Shown here in pieces: positions 15,325 to 25,491 of a stretch of DNA of 53,108 nucleotides; positions within the stretch are counted from its first letter, which is position 1, and every line of letters starts with the position of its first letter. The translations under genes and the position numbers were made by a program. Source of the DNA: a virus; the IMG/VR virus record IMGVR_UViG_3300000271_000005, positions 1 through 53,108 of that record. One strand, given 5' to 3'. A model generated the notes under the pieces. The model saw nothing but the letters and a program-made list of their open reading frames with translations. It did no database searches and was not told the DNA's origin.

Positions 15325-15969
15325 TTACCTCTTTCTTATCGTGCTTTTTTTTGCTGGAGTGCTGACACTATTTAAATCAAAGTGTGCGTATCCGTCCATG
15401 TCAATCAACACGACTTCGCGGTTTTTCCACATTAAAACCTCGCGCTCGATTTGCTCTCTGCTGGCAAACTTCCCCTCGTCCGTTCGCATCCGGACAGCCC
15501 GGAACCGTGCCCGCTCCTTAAGAGGCTTGCGCGGGATAAGCTCCTGCGGCAGCGTCAGCTCTATGAGCGTCCGGCTGTTGGGACGAGCCTTCGCCCAGCC
15601 CACTGCTTCGAGCACCTCCGAGAAAGTCAGCTTGCGATCGGCAGGCCACTGAACAGCGCGATCCAGCTCGAAGCGGGAAAAGTGCCGCCTGTCCGCCACG
15701 AGAACGTGCAGGCATATGGCCGTCAGCCGCCCGAGGCCCATGGGATAGCTGTCCCGCGAGAGCGCAAGGAAGTTGCGAAAATCAACCGATTCGCTTATGG
15801 TGACGGAAATTTTAACGTGATGATCTTTTGCGCTTGCACTTGCTATTTTCAATTTCGATCCCCTCATCGAGGTATTTATGAACCCTAAATGCGCCCTGGT
15901 TATTGAACGCGAAAATATGGGTCCGCTTATAATCACCTGCGATAGTTTTGTCATGCTTTCCAAGTTCAA
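15325..15969 (-). CDS. Hypothetical protein (214 aa)
   Basis: Clean ORF with tight spacing to the downstream gene. No motif recognised. Confidence 0.6.
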   Translation of the reverse strand: MNLESMTKLSQVIISGPIFSRSITRAHLGFINTSMRGSKLKIASASAKDHHVKISVTISESVDFRNFLALSRDSYPMGLGRLTAICLHVLVADRRHFSRFELDRAVQWPADRKLTFSEVLEAVGWAKARPNSRTLIELTLPQELIPRKPLKERARFRAVRMRTDEGKFASREQIEREVLMWKNREVVLIDMDGYAHFDLNSVSTPAKKSTIRKR

Positions 15970-16067
15970 GGAAAAGCTTGACCGAAAAATCGAACGAACA
16001 AGAATTCAAAAGACCTCGATCGTCGGCCTTATGAATCTTGAAGATTTTATGTCGATTGAAGAGATCG

Positions 16068-16853
16068 TCAAGGAATCCGCTGGGGCGTAGCCGCCGTCTC
16101 CGGGCAGCCCGCGAGGACGAAGCTCTCGAAGTCGCCAGGCCAATCATTGAGGTGAGCGTGTCGCCATTTATAAATGACGTATGCCCGATCGTGCAGATAT
16201 CGCAGTTCGTCCGACTCGCCCCAGTCCCGCACCACGGCCCAGCGCTCGCCGCTTCCAAGCTTTGAAAACATTGCAGCCTCCAGGTGTCCGTAAAACGCCC
16301 GCGGCTCGGTCAGAAAGCCGACCCTGCGCAGCCAGCCGTAGCGCCAGGCACAAATGGAGTTCGCTATCGGACGACGGGTCAGAAGCAGCTTTAAATATCC
16401 GTCGGCCGTGACCTCGTCATATCCCCGCTCGCAAACGTCCTGGAGGGTGCGAGGATTGCCCAGGGTTGACCAGACGACCTCGCCCTTGCCGTCGCTGCGC
16501 TTGGCCTCGATCGCGCGCACAAGGGCCATATCCCAGCCCTCTGTGATCGGCAGGCTGTCCCCATCGTAACCGATTATAATGTCCTCATCCTTGGGGTTGA
16601 TCTGGCGCAGAGCCCAGTTGATTCCCTCGTGCAGCCCGAGGTTTCGCCCTGGATCCAATACACGGATGCCGTGCGCCAGCCTCATCCCCTCGAGTCCGCG
16701 CGCAATTGACTCGGGCTCCAGAGGATAATGCTGATGCACGACATAGTGCCCGGAAAGGGGCAGGGCAGGGTTTCGCGTGGCATGAAAGGCGTTGATAGAT
16801 CGAGTCAGTATCTCAGCGTTGCAGAACGCCAGCGTGATAGCGTGGATGGCCAT
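16068..16853 (-). CDS. Glycosyltransferase, GT-A fold (family-2-like)
   Basis: NLGLHEGINWAL and the DxD-like IIGYDGDS motif. Confidence 0.55.
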   Translation of the reverse strand: MAIHAITLAFCNAEILTRSINAFHATRNPALPLSGHYVVHQHYPLEPESIARGLEGMRLAHGIRVLDPGRNLGLHEGINWALRQINPKDEDIIIGYDGDSLPITEGWDMALVRAIEAKRSDGKGEVVWSTLGNPRTLQDVCERGYDEVTADGYLKLLLTRRPIANSICAWRYGWLRRVGFLTEPRAFYGHLEAAMFSKLGSGERWAVVRDWGESDELRYLHDRAYVIYKWRHAHLNDWPGDFESFVLAGCPETAATPQRIP

Positions 16854-16939
16854 GGTTTCCCTTCTTTACGATCGCCGGATCTGACGAACACATTATCAGT
16901 GTTACCGCCGACGCGAAAGCAATCAGGGCCGCATGAAAA

Positions 16940-17356
16940 TCACTTGGATGGAAGAGCATATTTATCGGCGCTCCGATCGAAGAATTGCTTGTAAATCTGG
17001 TGCGCGAAAACCTGGACAGCGCCGAGCGTGTTGGCGTGCATGAACGCGGCCGCCCAGTCGATGCCCTGAGACTTCAGGCCGACCATTCCAGCGACAACGG
17101 ACAGAAACTGCACCAGCATGAGCTTTTGCTTGCCGTCCATTTTCACGAATTGACTGCGGAACAAAAGCAACAGACCCTGCACCAGGACGCCGGCGATGCC
17201 GAGAGTCCCCAGCCCGACGGTCCCCTTCAGGCTCATCAAAAAAGCAAGCCAATCTTCGTAACTCGGCTCACCCATGTCGACGCCCGCAGCGTAGAGCGTA
17301 AGCGTAAAGAGAGGCGCAAAAAGCAAGGCGACAAGCATCCAAAAGCGTGGTTTCAT
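16940..17356 (-). CDS. Membrane protein (signal peptide plus TM helices)
   Basis: N-terminus MKPRFWMLVALLFAPLFTLTLYAAG plus two further hydrophobic helices. Confidence 0.6.
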   Translation of the reverse strand: MKPRFWMLVALLFAPLFTLTLYAAGVDMGEPSYEDWLAFLMSLKGTVGLGTLGIAGVLVQGLLLLFRSQFVKMDGKQKLMLVQFLSVVAGMVGLKSQGIDWAAAFMHANTLGAVQVFAHQIYKQFFDRSADKYALPSK

Positions 17357-17406
17357 ACCCCGGGTTCCCCATAAAAAATTATCGACAATTGGTTAAAGGC
17401 AAGTTT

Positions 17407-17991
17407 ATGGCATGGCTTTCCGAAAAACAGCTACAATCATTTGGATCAGTAGGAAAAGGCGTAAAAATAAGCGAACACGCGATAATCTATGGAGCTGAAA
17501 ATGTCGAGATTGGGGACAATGTTCGAATTGATGCGCACACTATCATCCTGGCTTCATCGGGCTCTTTACGTATTGGATCTCACGTTCACATTGCTGTTCA
17601 ATGCCTTCTCTCCTGCAACGGGGGAATCGTACTAGGCGACTTCACGGATCTCAGCATGGGATCAAAATTGATATCTGCCTCCGATGATCCGTCCGGCGAA
17701 AGCCTCGTCGGTCCCGTCCACTCTGAGGATTTGATCTCCGTCTATAAAGCTCCAATCGTTATGGAAGACTACGCCTGGGTCGGAACAAACGGCGTTTTAA
17801 TGCCGGGCGTTCGCATGATGCAAGGCGCCTTGCTCGGCACAGGCGGCGTTGCGCTGCAAGACAGCCGGCTGGAGCCGTGGTCAATCTATGTCGGAGTCCC
17901 AGCCCGGAGGATCAAGGATCGATCGACCGAAATGATTGCGAAAGCCTGGGTAGCAGAACAGCGCTGGGCTCATTCTGGCAAAAATCTTTGA
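17407..17991 (+). CDS. Hexapeptide-repeat (left-handed beta-helix) acyl/acetyltransferase
   Basis: Repeated [LIV]-G-x4 turns (IGDNVRIDAHTIIL..IGSHVHIAVQCLL..). The internal ATG at 17407 is preferred over the track start at 17347. Confidence 0.75.
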   Translation: MAWLSEKQLQSFGSVGKGVKISEHAIIYGAENVEIGDNVRIDAHTIILASSGSLRIGSHVHIAVQCLLSCNGGIVLGDFTDLSMGSKLISASDDPSGESLVGPVHSEDLISVYKAPIVMEDYAWVGTNGVLMPGVRMMQGALLGTGGVALQDSRLEPWSIYVGVPARRIKDRSTEMIAKAWVAEQRWAHSGKNL

Positions 17992-19025
17992 ATTGCTTTC
18001 ACGACCTCGGCAGCCTCCTCCATCGAGCAGTCGGACGGAAGGGCCATGCAGCGGTCCAGCTCGGGACAGAACCGACCCTCCTGCTGCGCATCGAGATAGC
18101 CAGGCATCGTCCGGAGCGGAATGTAATACTGCTTTGCCACAAACCCGAACGAAATCGCAAACGCCTCGAAATCCCCAGGCCGCATCTCAGGAAAGGGGAA
18201 CACGCAGAGCGAAGGCGCCCTGGCCTCCACCTTCGGCCGCCTGAGCTCGTCCCCATAAAACGCAATCAGCTCGCGCCGGTGCTGGATCCTCTGGGTCACG
18301 CGACCATACTGCCGATCGTCGAGCTGCGCGCAGAGCACGGCTGCCGTGATCTCCGAAATTTTGAAGTTCTGTCCAGACGGTTCCTCAATCCTGCGATCGA
18401 CCGCCGTCGAGAAGTTCGTGAGGCTCCTGGCCCGCCTGGCTGCCGCTTCCCGCGCAAAAAGGATAACGCCGCCCTCGCCGACAGGCATGGACTTCGTTGC
18501 GTGGAGTGAATAGACGGTCGGGAACTCGTCGTCGAAATCGAAGTCCGTCCATGCGCCCGCATAGTCGAACACCAGATAAACCCCATAGCGCCGAGCAGTG
18601 TCCGCGTAGAAAGCCCGGTCGATACCATAGCCAAACGGATTGACGATCACGGCCGCGTCGATGTCCCCAATCCTGCAGAGCACTTCGAACCGCTCCCGGT
18701 CCATGGCCATCGTGGCCTTTTCACAGCTGACGATCAGCGGCTCAGCCACGTTATTGCGTATGCCTACGAGCGATCCGGCGTGAGTAAAATCAGGGACGGC
18801 AACCATGGATGGAGGCCTCGGAGCCATGCTCAGCGCGAGGTCTATAGCAGACGTGGCGGAACTGACAACGACGGGATAGCGTCCCGTCATTGCCTTTATA
18901 GTTTGAACGGCTCCAAAGTACAGCGATCCAAAATTACTCCAAACGCCCGTTTCATAGCACGTCTGGAGATACTCGCTTATGATGTCGAGAGGGGGCATCA
19001 CAGGTCTGAGAAGTGGTATCATCAT
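17970..19025 (-). CDS. DegT/DnrJ/EryC1/StrS-family PLP-dependent sugar aminotransferase
   Basis: SLHATKSMPVGEGG (PLP lysine motif) and the overall length. Confidence 0.8.
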   Translation of the reverse strand: MMIPLLRPVMPPLDIISEYLQTCYETGVWSNFGSLYFGAVQTIKAMTGRYPVVVSSATSAIDLALSMAPRPPSMVAVPDFTHAGSLVGIRNNVAEPLIVSCEKATMAMDRERFEVLCRIGDIDAAVIVNPFGYGIDRAFYADTARRYGVYLVFDYAGAWTDFDFDDEFPTVYSLHATKSMPVGEGGVILFAREAAARRARSLTNFSTAVDRRIEEPSGQNFKISEITAAVLCAQLDDRQYGRVTQRIQHRRELIAFYGDELRRPKVEARAPSLCVFPFPEMRPGDFEAFAISFGFVAKQYYIPLRTMPGYLDAQQEGRFCPELDRCMALPSDCSMEEAAEVVKAIQRFLPE

Positions 19026-19045
19026 CCGCCCTTTGGTTCAACTTT

Positions 19046-20518
19046 TTATCCGCCAACCCGCACTGCATAGAACTTTCCTGTCCCAGAGCTAAGCCAGGTG
19101 GAAGTCGCCCCCGACCGCGCGCAGCGACCGACAAAGTCTTTCGTGCCCGTGATTGTTACGACGTCCGAAATGTAAAACGCCCCGTCCTTCGCTCCCGTGT
19201 CGTCAGCAATATTGTAGTAAGCGGCAAACACCCCCGACTGACAAACCTGGGACGCGTCGGTGCTGTTGTATATCTCAGCCGAAGCCCCCGAGCTGTTGCC
19301 CGCCGAAGGGTCAACCAGCACCGAAGCCGAATCGAAAAAGACGATATGCCAGGTGCCCTTGGTCAGCTGCAGGGTGTTCGTCGCCGATACGTATGCCGTG
19401 CCCGAGCCGCCGAAGGATGTCGAGTTCACCGTGGCGCTCAGCTTTTGAGCCACCTGCACGACGTTCCCTGGAGTCCGGGCGTCGACGATATCGAGGTCCT
19501 GCCAGACGGATCCGGCCTGGCTATAGAGCACGAAGTAGCAGATCAGCTTATAGCCGCTGTCCGGCGTGAGCGTGGCGTCGAAGATCAGCCCGAACGCAGC
19601 CGACTTGCTCGTGCTGTCGGCCGTGTGGAACTTGACGTTAAGGATATCATCCGTCCCGATCTGGATCAGCCCGACCCGATAGCGATCGGCTGCGCTGACC
19701 GTCGCCGGGGTGAAGTCCGGGCTCAGGCCGTCGCCCCCGGTAATTGCTCCTGTGGCCATGTTCAGGACGGTATCAGCGAAGTTGAATACGCCTCCAGCTG
19801 TCCTCGGAAAGAGCGAGGGGAAGCGATTGCTGATATGCGTGAATGCTATGGGGTTTGCCGAGTCACCGCCGCTGCCGGGATAGCCCGAGATGCTAGGCTT
19901 GATGCTGATCGACACCGCCGCCGAGCGATAGGGCCGCAGCCTGTCGTCGTAGAGCGATTGATCGACCCGCTGGGAAGTCCGATTGCGGCCCAGGATCTCC
20001 CTGATCGAATAATCGAAATCCCAGTTGCCGTCGATCGTGCCCGAGGTCTTGACCCGGACCCCCGCGAGGATCACGTCGTTCGTGCCCTTTGAAGGATAGA
20101 CAGGGCTCGCCGAGGCAGTCCCCCGAACGATGATTACCTCGCACGTCTGCTGCTCTTTCAGGTAAACCGTTGATCCAGGATTGACCGGATCGTCGATAAG
20201 GGTGTTCGCTGTCTCCAGCGGCCGCAGAACGATCAGGCTGCGCTCTGCATCCGTCAGAGGCGCCGATAGCGTCACGTCATAGTCAGCTGCCAGATACATC
20301 AGCGAGCCGTTCACGCCCAGCGCAATGCCGCTGCTCACGCGTATCTGATTGCCTGATACCTGGGTGACCTTAAGCCCCGAGACGATGGCGCCACCCGTCA
20401 GCCCCTCGAACGAGCCCCGGTAACTGTCCACCTGGCCGTCCTGCCATTCGGCGAAATCATCCTTGTTCCAAAGGTAGCGCGAGTAGAAATTGAAAAAGTT
20501 GATCAGGCTACTCGGCAT
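19046..20518 (-). CDS. Tail fibre / receptor-binding protein
   Basis: 490 aa, G/S/T/V-rich beta-type sequence. It lies directly distal to the main tail fibre in the tail module. Confidence 0.55.
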   Translation of the reverse strand: MPSSLINFFNFYSRYLWNKDDFAEWQDGQVDSYRGSFEGLTGGAIVSGLKVTQVSGNQIRVSSGIALGVNGSLMYLAADYDVTLSAPLTDAERSLIVLRPLETANTLIDDPVNPGSTVYLKEQQTCEVIIVRGTASASPVYPSKGTNDVILAGVRVKTSGTIDGNWDFDYSIREILGRNRTSQRVDQSLYDDRLRPYRSAAVSISIKPSISGYPGSGGDSANPIAFTHISNRFPSLFPRTAGGVFNFADTVLNMATGAITGGDGLSPDFTPATVSAADRYRVGLIQIGTDDILNVKFHTADSTSKSAAFGLIFDATLTPDSGYKLICYFVLYSQAGSVWQDLDIVDARTPGNVVQVAQKLSATVNSTSFGGSGTAYVSATNTLQLTKGTWHIVFFDSASVLVDPSAGNSSGASAEIYNSTDASQVCQSGVFAAYYNIADDTGAKDGAFYISDVVTITGTKDFVGRCARSGATSTWLSSGTGKFYAVRVGG

Positions 20519-20756
20519 TTGGTTCGCTCACTTTCTCATCTTCAGTGGCTTTGATTGGAATCACGTTCGATTCCCCTGCTTCTTCCGCCTTTGGCAGATC
20601 GCTCATGAGACTCATCAGCGCCATCTCAGCGCCCTGCAGCCGCGTTATAGCATCGCGCATTTGCTGAATCTGCTGATCCAATTGCTGGATGTTTGATTGA
20701 AAATGGCTGGCGGATCCGCGGACGTCGTCGAGCTTTTTCTGGATGAGATCTAGCAT
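20508..20756 (-). CDS. Small coiled-coil protein (possible fibre-associated)
   Basis: 82 aa with a Q-rich heptad region, located between the two fibre genes. Confidence 0.5.
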   Translation of the reverse strand: MLDLIQKKLDDVRGSASHFQSNIQQLDQQIQQMRDAITRLQGAEMALMSLMSDLPKAEEAGESNVIPIKATEDEKVSEPNAE

Positions 20757-20797
20757 TGAAAATCCTTTTTATAAATCGGCCCCGGAAGGCCGGAGGG

Positions 20798-23527
20798 TTA
20801 TGCGATGCGGACTGCTTCGATATAGCTGTTAGTAGAGCCAAGGCCCGAGATGCTGGAAGCAAATCCGACAAGATACACAGGCAGCGTTGAACCCGAAGCT
20901 ACATTGAAAGTTCTAGGGAAGGTACAAGCCGAAACTATGCCTGCGGTGGTGTGATAGTCCGCATTCACAACACGCCCTGACACCGTGTCCGTTGTGTTTG
21001 TCGTGCTGGAAATAGAGAGGCGCATATATCGAGTGACTGTATCTGCACTAAAATTACATCCGCCGCTAACAGTCCACACACCTGCGGTTAGGGTTACTGT
21101 GGCTAGGTTAGCCGCTGATGTAGTAATTGCAGTTGTGGTAGTTTGAGATAGGATTTCCCCAACATACCCAGCTGGTATCGCACTCCCACCTGTATACCCT
21201 GGTGCCTGCCCAGCTTTGTACAAGCCCGACGAGCCGTCAGTGCTTGCGAGGCCGAAGCCTACCGGACTGCTAGCCTTAACCTTGCGCACGCGCCACTTGA
21301 AAGTTGTAAACGAGCTAAATCCGGTGCCGTTTCCTGCGTAGGTAGCATTATCGCCTCGCGCACCTCCTGGCAGTAGAACCACGTCCACATCAGTTGTGCT
21401 GCCTGAGACGTATCTAGCTTGGGCACCGTAGTCAGTGGCACCTTGTCGAGAAATTCCGTAAAGACGTTGGTCGAGTGGTTGCCATCCCGTTCCGTCGTTA
21501 ACTTCCAGCAGCAACAAATCATCGGTCTGGATTGGATACTGAAACCTAACCCGCCTTGTCCAAGTTGTTCCTACGACAAAGTTGGAACTGAAAGCTATAC
21601 CGTCCGGGCCGTAGGCAAAGCCGCTTGCTGTGACTGAGGCGGTTGAGCTTGTGTCGGTGTTGTACGCATACTCCACCTGCGCGCCTGCGCCGAGGTTGAG
21701 GGTGCCGTTGCCTGCCCATTCGTTAATTGGGATAGTCGCGTTTAACGTAAACTCGAAAGCTGTCGAGTAAGTTGAAAACTGGACATTCCCGCCGCCTGTG
21801 AAAGTTCCATTAGCAGGGTTGGCCGTCCCGCTGAAACCAGTTAGAGCGGTTATAATTAGATAATACACACCGCTTTTTGCTCTGATGCCTACTTGACCTC
21901 TGTAATTGGCCGTATCAATCCTTACCTCTGCATCACCGTAGGTATTAAAGAGGCCATTACCAGAGCCCAGGTAATTGGGGTTGATAGTGAAGCCTGCCGG
22001 AATGGGGAACAGGTAAATACCCGAACCAGCCGCAACACCTGCATTGTTTGTAGCCCGGTAGTTCATCTGGACATTCATGAACTCGCCCGAGCGAGCGTAG
22101 TATGCGGTCCAGGTGTAAGCTGAGTGAAGAGTCGGAGCCGTTGTATCTGCTTGCACAGTGCCTGGGGTGAAGGCGGTCACAGGACCAACCGCAGCGCCTT
22201 GCTCCCTTACCCCAGGCCCTACAATCACGTTCGTAATGAGGCAATCGCCTGTCGTGCCGCTTGTGCGGGTGACGTTGAGTGAGTAGGCCGTAGCTGTCGT
22301 GCTGTCGAATGTCGCTACAAACCTGCCTGTTGTGTTGGCTGGAAGGGTTGTAACCGAGCTGCTGTCAGAGCTGAGGCTGAGGCGTGTGCTGCCTGCATAC
22401 ATGGACACCCGGTACACATCCGTGGCAGGCGTCGTGAACCAGAATTCCACCTTCAGCTTCATGCTGCGGAGTGGGGAGGCTAGGGTGGCGATGCTGTAAT
22501 AGCCGCCGCTCGTGCTTGATTCTGCGGCTGCAGCGTTGGAGATGCTCAGGGCTGTGGTGACAACGGGGTCGAGGGGCGAGCTTGCTGTTACGCGTGTGGC
22601 GTTTGTCCAGCCTGTTGTGCCAATTGCCGCAACTGGATTGGAAACGGCATTTACTTCGCCAGTACCAAGGCCCGAGCCAGCGCCCACCTGCGTTTCCACT
22701 CCACTTGGGTCGAGGGAATAGAAGAAGCCATCACTCTTTGGATAAAATTTCATCTTACCGGCAGCGGGGTTGGCGGGCGTTGTCTCCTGATTGAAGATGG
22801 CGGAGTTGTCAATAACAGGAGTGTCAAGGGTTTTGTTGGTCAGTATTTGACTGCCAGTCAGGGTAGCTACAGTGCTGTCGATAGCCACGGTGGGGTTGCC
22901 GCTTACGCCGTCCCCGTTCGTGACCGAGATACCTGTGCCTGCTGCTATGGATCGTTGAGCCCAGGTATTCAAGGCCGTTCGGACTGCAATACCTGTGGAG
23001 CTTAGGGCTGCAATGGCTGTCAGGTCGACATCAAGAGGCTGCTTAGCGTCGAGCTGTGTTTGAATAGATGACGTCGCGTCGAGAAACGCCAAGGTCGACG
23101 AGGCAATGCTGGACGCTGCAGCTACGCCAGATCCATCGGTGACCATGACTTTACTGGCCGAAAGTGCGGCCATCTTGCTGTAAGCGATCGAGGCATTGCT
23201 GGCGACCTTTGAGTCGGTAACGGCTCCAGCTGCGATGGTGGCGGCTGCGCTGCCCGGTCCCGAGGCCGTGACCTCGCCGGTCAGAGCGGTCAGGTAATTG
23301 CCCGAGTCCTGCTTTCCGGCAACGGCCGCTGTAAGGCTGTCGATCTCGGTCTCGGCCCAGCGGTCCCACTGATCGAGATAGTAAAACAGGAAATTGAAGT
23401 TCTTGGACTTCGGCGTATCGCTGGGCGAGTATCCGTTGAGCGTCAAGGCCCCCGTAGGCGTTTCGATTCGCGTCCCGACGCTGCCGTTCCCCTGTAGCCA
23501 GTCTATGTGTGTAATCGGTTTAGTCAT
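20798..23527 (-). CDS. Tail fibre protein
   Basis: 909 aa. The N-terminal anchor is followed by fibre repeats (LTGEVT, DLTAIAAL, LTNKTL motifs). It occupies the position of Mu gp49/S. Confidence 0.75.
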   Translation of the reverse strand: MTKPITHIDWLQGNGSVGTRIETPTGALTLNGYSPSDTPKSKNFNFLFYYLDQWDRWAETEIDSLTAAVAGKQDSGNYLTALTGEVTASGPGSAAATIAAGAVTDSKVASNASIAYSKMAALSASKVMVTDGSGVAAASSIASSTLAFLDATSSIQTQLDAKQPLDVDLTAIAALSSTGIAVRTALNTWAQRSIAAGTGISVTNGDGVSGNPTVAIDSTVATLTGSQILTNKTLDTPVIDNSAIFNQETTPANPAAGKMKFYPKSDGFFYSLDPSGVETQVGAGSGLGTGEVNAVSNPVAAIGTTGWTNATRVTASSPLDPVVTTALSISNAAAAESSTSGGYYSIATLASPLRSMKLKVEFWFTTPATDVYRVSMYAGSTRLSLSSDSSSVTTLPANTTGRFVATFDSTTATAYSLNVTRTSGTTGDCLITNVIVGPGVREQGAAVGPVTAFTPGTVQADTTAPTLHSAYTWTAYYARSGEFMNVQMNYRATNNAGVAAGSGIYLFPIPAGFTINPNYLGSGNGLFNTYGDAEVRIDTANYRGQVGIRAKSGVYYLIITALTGFSGTANPANGTFTGGGNVQFSTYSTAFEFTLNATIPINEWAGNGTLNLGAGAQVEYAYNTDTSSTASVTASGFAYGPDGIAFSSNFVVGTTWTRRVRFQYPIQTDDLLLLEVNDGTGWQPLDQRLYGISRQGATDYGAQARYVSGSTTDVDVVLLPGGARGDNATYAGNGTGFSSFTTFKWRVRKVKASSPVGFGLASTDGSSGLYKAGQAPGYTGGSAIPAGYVGEILSQTTTTAITTSAANLATVTLTAGVWTVSGGCNFSADTVTRYMRLSISSTTNTTDTVSGRVVNADYHTTAGIVSACTFPRTFNVASGSTLPVYLVGFASSISGLGSTNSYIEAVRIA

Positions 23528-23539
23528 GTCCCCCCCTAA

Positions 23540-24286
23540 TTATGATTCGAGTATTCCAACGTCGAAGCCCAGAACGTCGCCAGAATCGAAGCCAAAAAAT
23601 CCACCCGAGGCGGCTATGACAGCGTTCACGAAATGCCTGTCCCGCGCAGCCTCTGCCGAGGTCAGTATCTGATCTATGGACACGAGTTCGTCTGCCGTCG
23701 GCTGATAGCCTATGATTTTGACTTCGTATGTGTAGGCCTGCTCCCGCGCGTTAAGCAGCTGCTGCTCCGTCAGGCCGAGGTCAGCCGCCGACTGGCTGCA
23801 GCATTCGTCCCCGACGTGAATCATGGCGTTGCCGGCGCCGAGGAACGTGGTATTTCCCAGCTCGGATTCACCGATGCGCCACGCGCCGTAGACCGGATCG
23901 GGGCTGTTCCAGGGGAAGATCACGACTTCTTTATCAGAGCCGATGATCGACTGTACGGCCTCTTTCATGTCGTTTCGGGTGATGCCTTTTTTCGAGCGGA
24001 GCTTGGTAACGACGCGATCCCGACGTTCTGCGAGAGTGAGGGAGGCTGGCAGAGGATAACCGAATGCGGTTATTTCCCAGTCGGTTATGCGTCCGTCAGC
24101 GTTGTTCGGAAACTGGTTGTCGTAGATGATCTCAAGATTCGCATACGAGCCCGACACCGCGTCGGAGACCGAGGCCATATCGGCGGTTGAAAAGAATGCC
24201 GACGGAGCGCCGTCCGGGTAAACCCCTTCAGGCAGCTCGCGTTGCAGGAGCCGATAGACTTCTTCTGTGGTGAGAAATTTCGGCAT
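23540..24286 (-). CDS. Baseplate protein, Mu gp48 / DUF2313-like
   Basis: Synteny after the baseplate J gene, and a conserved N-terminus of the type LP.G.Y....S.....L. Confidence 0.6.
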   Translation of the reverse strand: MPKFLTTEEVYRLLQRELPEGVYPDGAPSAFFSTADMASVSDAVSGSYANLEIIYDNQFPNNADGRITDWEITAFGYPLPASLTLAERRDRVVTKLRSKKGITRNDMKEAVQSIIGSDKEVVIFPWNSPDPVYGAWRIGESELGNTTFLGAGNAMIHVGDECCSQSAADLGLTEQQLLNAREQAYTYEVKIIGYQPTADELVSIDQILTSAEAARDRHFVNAVIAASGGFFGFDSGDVLGFDVGILES

Positions 24287-24289
24287 CGG

Positions 24290-25489
24290 TCAGCTCATCA
24301 CGTTGATTGTTATAACCCCTGGAACAGCGACCTCGCGGCCCAAAATCGCCCGATTCGCCCCGCTGGCGGAAAGGTCATCGACCTGCCGATCGAGGACGAT
24401 CTGGGCGATGGCGCCGACAGTGTACGGGCTGGCTGACAGGTTCATATCGATGACCTCCTCGATCTCCGCAGCCACCACATAACCCGAGGCGCCGAACTTC
24501 CGGCCGCCCGGAGGCGTCTTGTAGATCGCCCGCTTCACCTCGCGCTCGACGAGTTCGGACTGGGTCAGGGTCTGTCCGCTCAGGATGGTCGATCCGTCGC
24601 CCTGGGAAAATCTCACGTTGACCGAGACGTCAATGGCGGCCGTCGCAGGCTTGAGGACATAGGCGCAATCGGTCGCGGGGTTGACCGTCTCGATATAGGC
24701 CTGGACTGTATCGACGAGGGCATCGCTCGGGATCAGAACAATCGGGTCACCATTCTCCAGGGCCGCGTCGATGTCCGTGGTGCCGGCCGTTATAACGACC
24801 CCGACTGTCCCGAGGCCGTAGACGTATCGCATGATCGTGCAGGACGTGACCGAGGGGTCGGCCGCGAGGGCGAACTGCTCATAGTCGGAAACCTTGCCGC
24901 CAGCCAGGGGGGTCCTGATCTGGGCCAGGATTCGCGCTGCCGCTTCCTCGTTGCTCTCGATATTTCGGCCATCGGACAAAGCCGCTCCGTAAACCGTGGC
25001 CGTGCTCTGGATGCCAGCTGGGGGCGAGGGGAGGGCGAGCGCGGTGCCTTCGAGCAGGTTCTGGTTCTGCCCGGTCTCCACGGATACGACTGGGACGACG
25101 GCTGTCACGGCGTCGCTGAATGTAACCTCTTCCGACGCAGTGTAGACGTTGCCGTTTGCAGCGTATTCAAACTGCGTCCCTGCCGGTATCGTCGCGCCTG
25201 TTGCTGCTGCCGTTGCCAGGACGTTTCCCACTGCCACGGTTGCCTGGCGAAACCCTTCGCCGAAGTATGTAAAAAGGTGCCGCTCCAGGGCCTCGCGTCG
25301 TGCGGACTGGGGAAAGGCATCATTGCTGATCTTCAGCTGATCGGCATAAACGCCCGCCACGACACCGCCCACGACGCGCGACCTGATCCACCAGTCGCTG
25401 TCTGTCTGGGCTGTATTAACCTCGGGCTTGAGGTTTTTCAGATATAGCAGGTACTGGTCCGCGATCTCGTCAGGCGTTTTATAGGCCAC
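24290..25489 (-). CDS. Baseplate J / Mu gp47-like protein
   Basis: Size, synteny and a J-like sequence pattern. Confidence 0.7.
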   Translation of the reverse strand: MAYKTPDEIADQYLLYLKNLKPEVNTAQTDSDWWIRSRVVGGVVAGVYADQLKISNDAFPQSARREALERHLFTYFGEGFRQATVAVGNVLATAAATGATIPAGTQFEYAANGNVYTASEEVTFSDAVTAVVPVVSVETGQNQNLLEGTALALPSPPAGIQSTATVYGAALSDGRNIESNEEAAARILAQIRTPLAGGKVSDYEQFALAADPSVTSCTIMRYVYGLGTVGVVITAGTTDIDAALENGDPIVLIPSDALVDTVQAYIETVNPATDCAYVLKPATAAIDVSVNVRFSQGDGSTILSGQTLTQSELVEREVKRAIYKTPPGGRKFGASGYVVAAEIEEVIDMNLSASPYTVGAIAQIVLDRQVDDLSASGANRAILGREVAVPGVITINVMS

Positions 25490-25491
25490 GG

